Shown here: positions 62,229-64,000 of the stretch, piece after piece
Position numbering within the stretch: position 1 is the first letter of the stretch
How the letters are laid out: each line of letters starts with the position of its first letter
Assembly: GCA_965213625.1 (NCBI GenBank)
Contig: CBDBZU010000004.1
Location: 928,001-992,000 of the forward strand
Source: a bacterium
Lineage (GTDB): Bacteria; UBA8248
Reading direction: 5' to 3'
DNA length: 64,000 nt
Made by a program: the position numbers and the translations under genes
The notes under the pieces: model-generated
Databases searched by the model: none
What the model saw: only the letters and a program-made list of their open reading frames with translations
Told to the model about the DNA's origin: nothing

Positions 62229-62738
62229 CTAGAAACGCGCCTCTTCGTGACAGCGCACGCACGCGGCGTGGACTTCGAACAGCGCCTTGGCGGTCGAAGC
62301 GATTTCTTTGCTCTTCGCCGCCTTCCCGAGGCTTACCGCTGCGCCTTCGAGTTGGCGCGAGATGACGAGCATGGAATTATCTCCCCGAAATTCCTCGACA
62401 GAGGGGAGGATTTTCGCCGTTTTGGCAATGGCCTCCGCCTGTTTTTCGATGGTTGCGTATGGCGTCTCGCTCACGAGTTCCTGAACCGAGGCGATGAGGA
62501 CGGCCTTCACAAGCGCGCCGAAATCCGCGTCGAGTTTTTCCATCAGGTCCCCCACTTCAGGTGAGTGAGTCCCTTCTTGGTCGTCCTTGTGACTTTCCAC
62601 GGCTACCGAGGAGGTGAGAAAAGCCATCGCAAAGATGATGGCCACAACAAGGCGTGTGAATGAGATGAAAGGCTTGAATCTCTCGGGAGGCCGCATGATT
62701 TTCCTCCAAGACAAGAGGGAGAGACTGGGGATTGACAT
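62229..62738 (-). CDS. Class II cytochrome c (cytochrome c'-like)
   Basis: Signal-like segment, helical body, C-terminal CVRCH..F. Confidence 0.75.
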   Translation of the reverse strand: MSIPSLSLLSWRKIMRPPERFKPFISFTRLVVAIIFAMAFLTSSVAVESHKDDQEGTHSPEVGDLMEKLDADFGALVKAVLIASVQELVSETPYATIEKQAEAIAKTAKILPSVEEFRGDNSMLVISRQLEGAAVSLGKAAKSKEIASTAKALFEVHAACVRCHEEARF

Positions 62739-63004
62739 GTGTTTTTATGGTCTTATTGTCCACGAACGAAGCCTCTTGGGCAATCAGGCGGCCGAGTAAA
62801 AACGTGAGCCCTAAAGTCTTTGAAATAAGGGAGCTTGCGCCCTCCCGAAATGCAGCGCAAGCAGTTTCTCTAGTTTGCCGATGAGACCCTTTTTGTGGTA
62901 AAAGATAGTGTTTGCGATCCGCCCACCTGGGTTCGCCCCTGCCTGGTCATCATACCTTTGGGACGGCCTTTGTCTCGCGCCGTCAGCAGGAGAAATTCGA
63001 AAGC

Positions 63005-64000
<996 letters not shown>

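Overview
This window spans the replication-origin region of a GC-rich bacterium. The ankyrin, Calx-beta and betaine-transporter content suggests a marine or sponge-associated lineage, but that is inference only. Left half (1 to ~31.2 kb) is a decaying genomic island built from conjugative or integrative element debris. It holds an IS110/IS1111 3' end with its non-coding (bridge/seekRNA-type) region and a secreted ankyrin protein. It also holds a duplicated, reciprocally decayed TolC + PAS-fused periplasmic adaptor + split MacB exporter, flanked by secreted Calx-beta proteins and a cysteine-rich triple-repeat (cyanovirin-like) protein. Further along are an AbiEi/AbiEii type IV TA pair with operator repeats, an AIPR remnant, an RHH/oriT-like region, and a leading region (DUF2493, DUF4326, ssb, large ssDNA hairpin). 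The island ends with a serine-recombinase element, a frameshifted TonB-dependent receptor, tandem tyrosine integrases and IS1182. Right half (~32 to 64 kb) is core chromosome: osmC-like, bcp, a split NAD synthetase, bactofilin, parB-parA with three parS sites, mnmG, mnmE, proVWX, galT, CapA, an unannotated UGA-containing selenoprotein thioredoxin, two SDRs, a FliG-C/MotA-like fusion, yidC-yidD-rnpA-rpmH, dnaA, oriC (DnaA boxes and DnaA-trios), recF, gyrB, cytochrome c' and the 5' part of gyrA. dnaN, rsmG and jag are absent from their usual positions. The best candidates for undescribed biology are the PAS-adaptor MacAB-TolC export system with its putative lectin/Calx-beta cargo, and the soluble FliG-C + 2x MotA-like fusion. 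All family assignments are by visual motif recognition; no searches were run.
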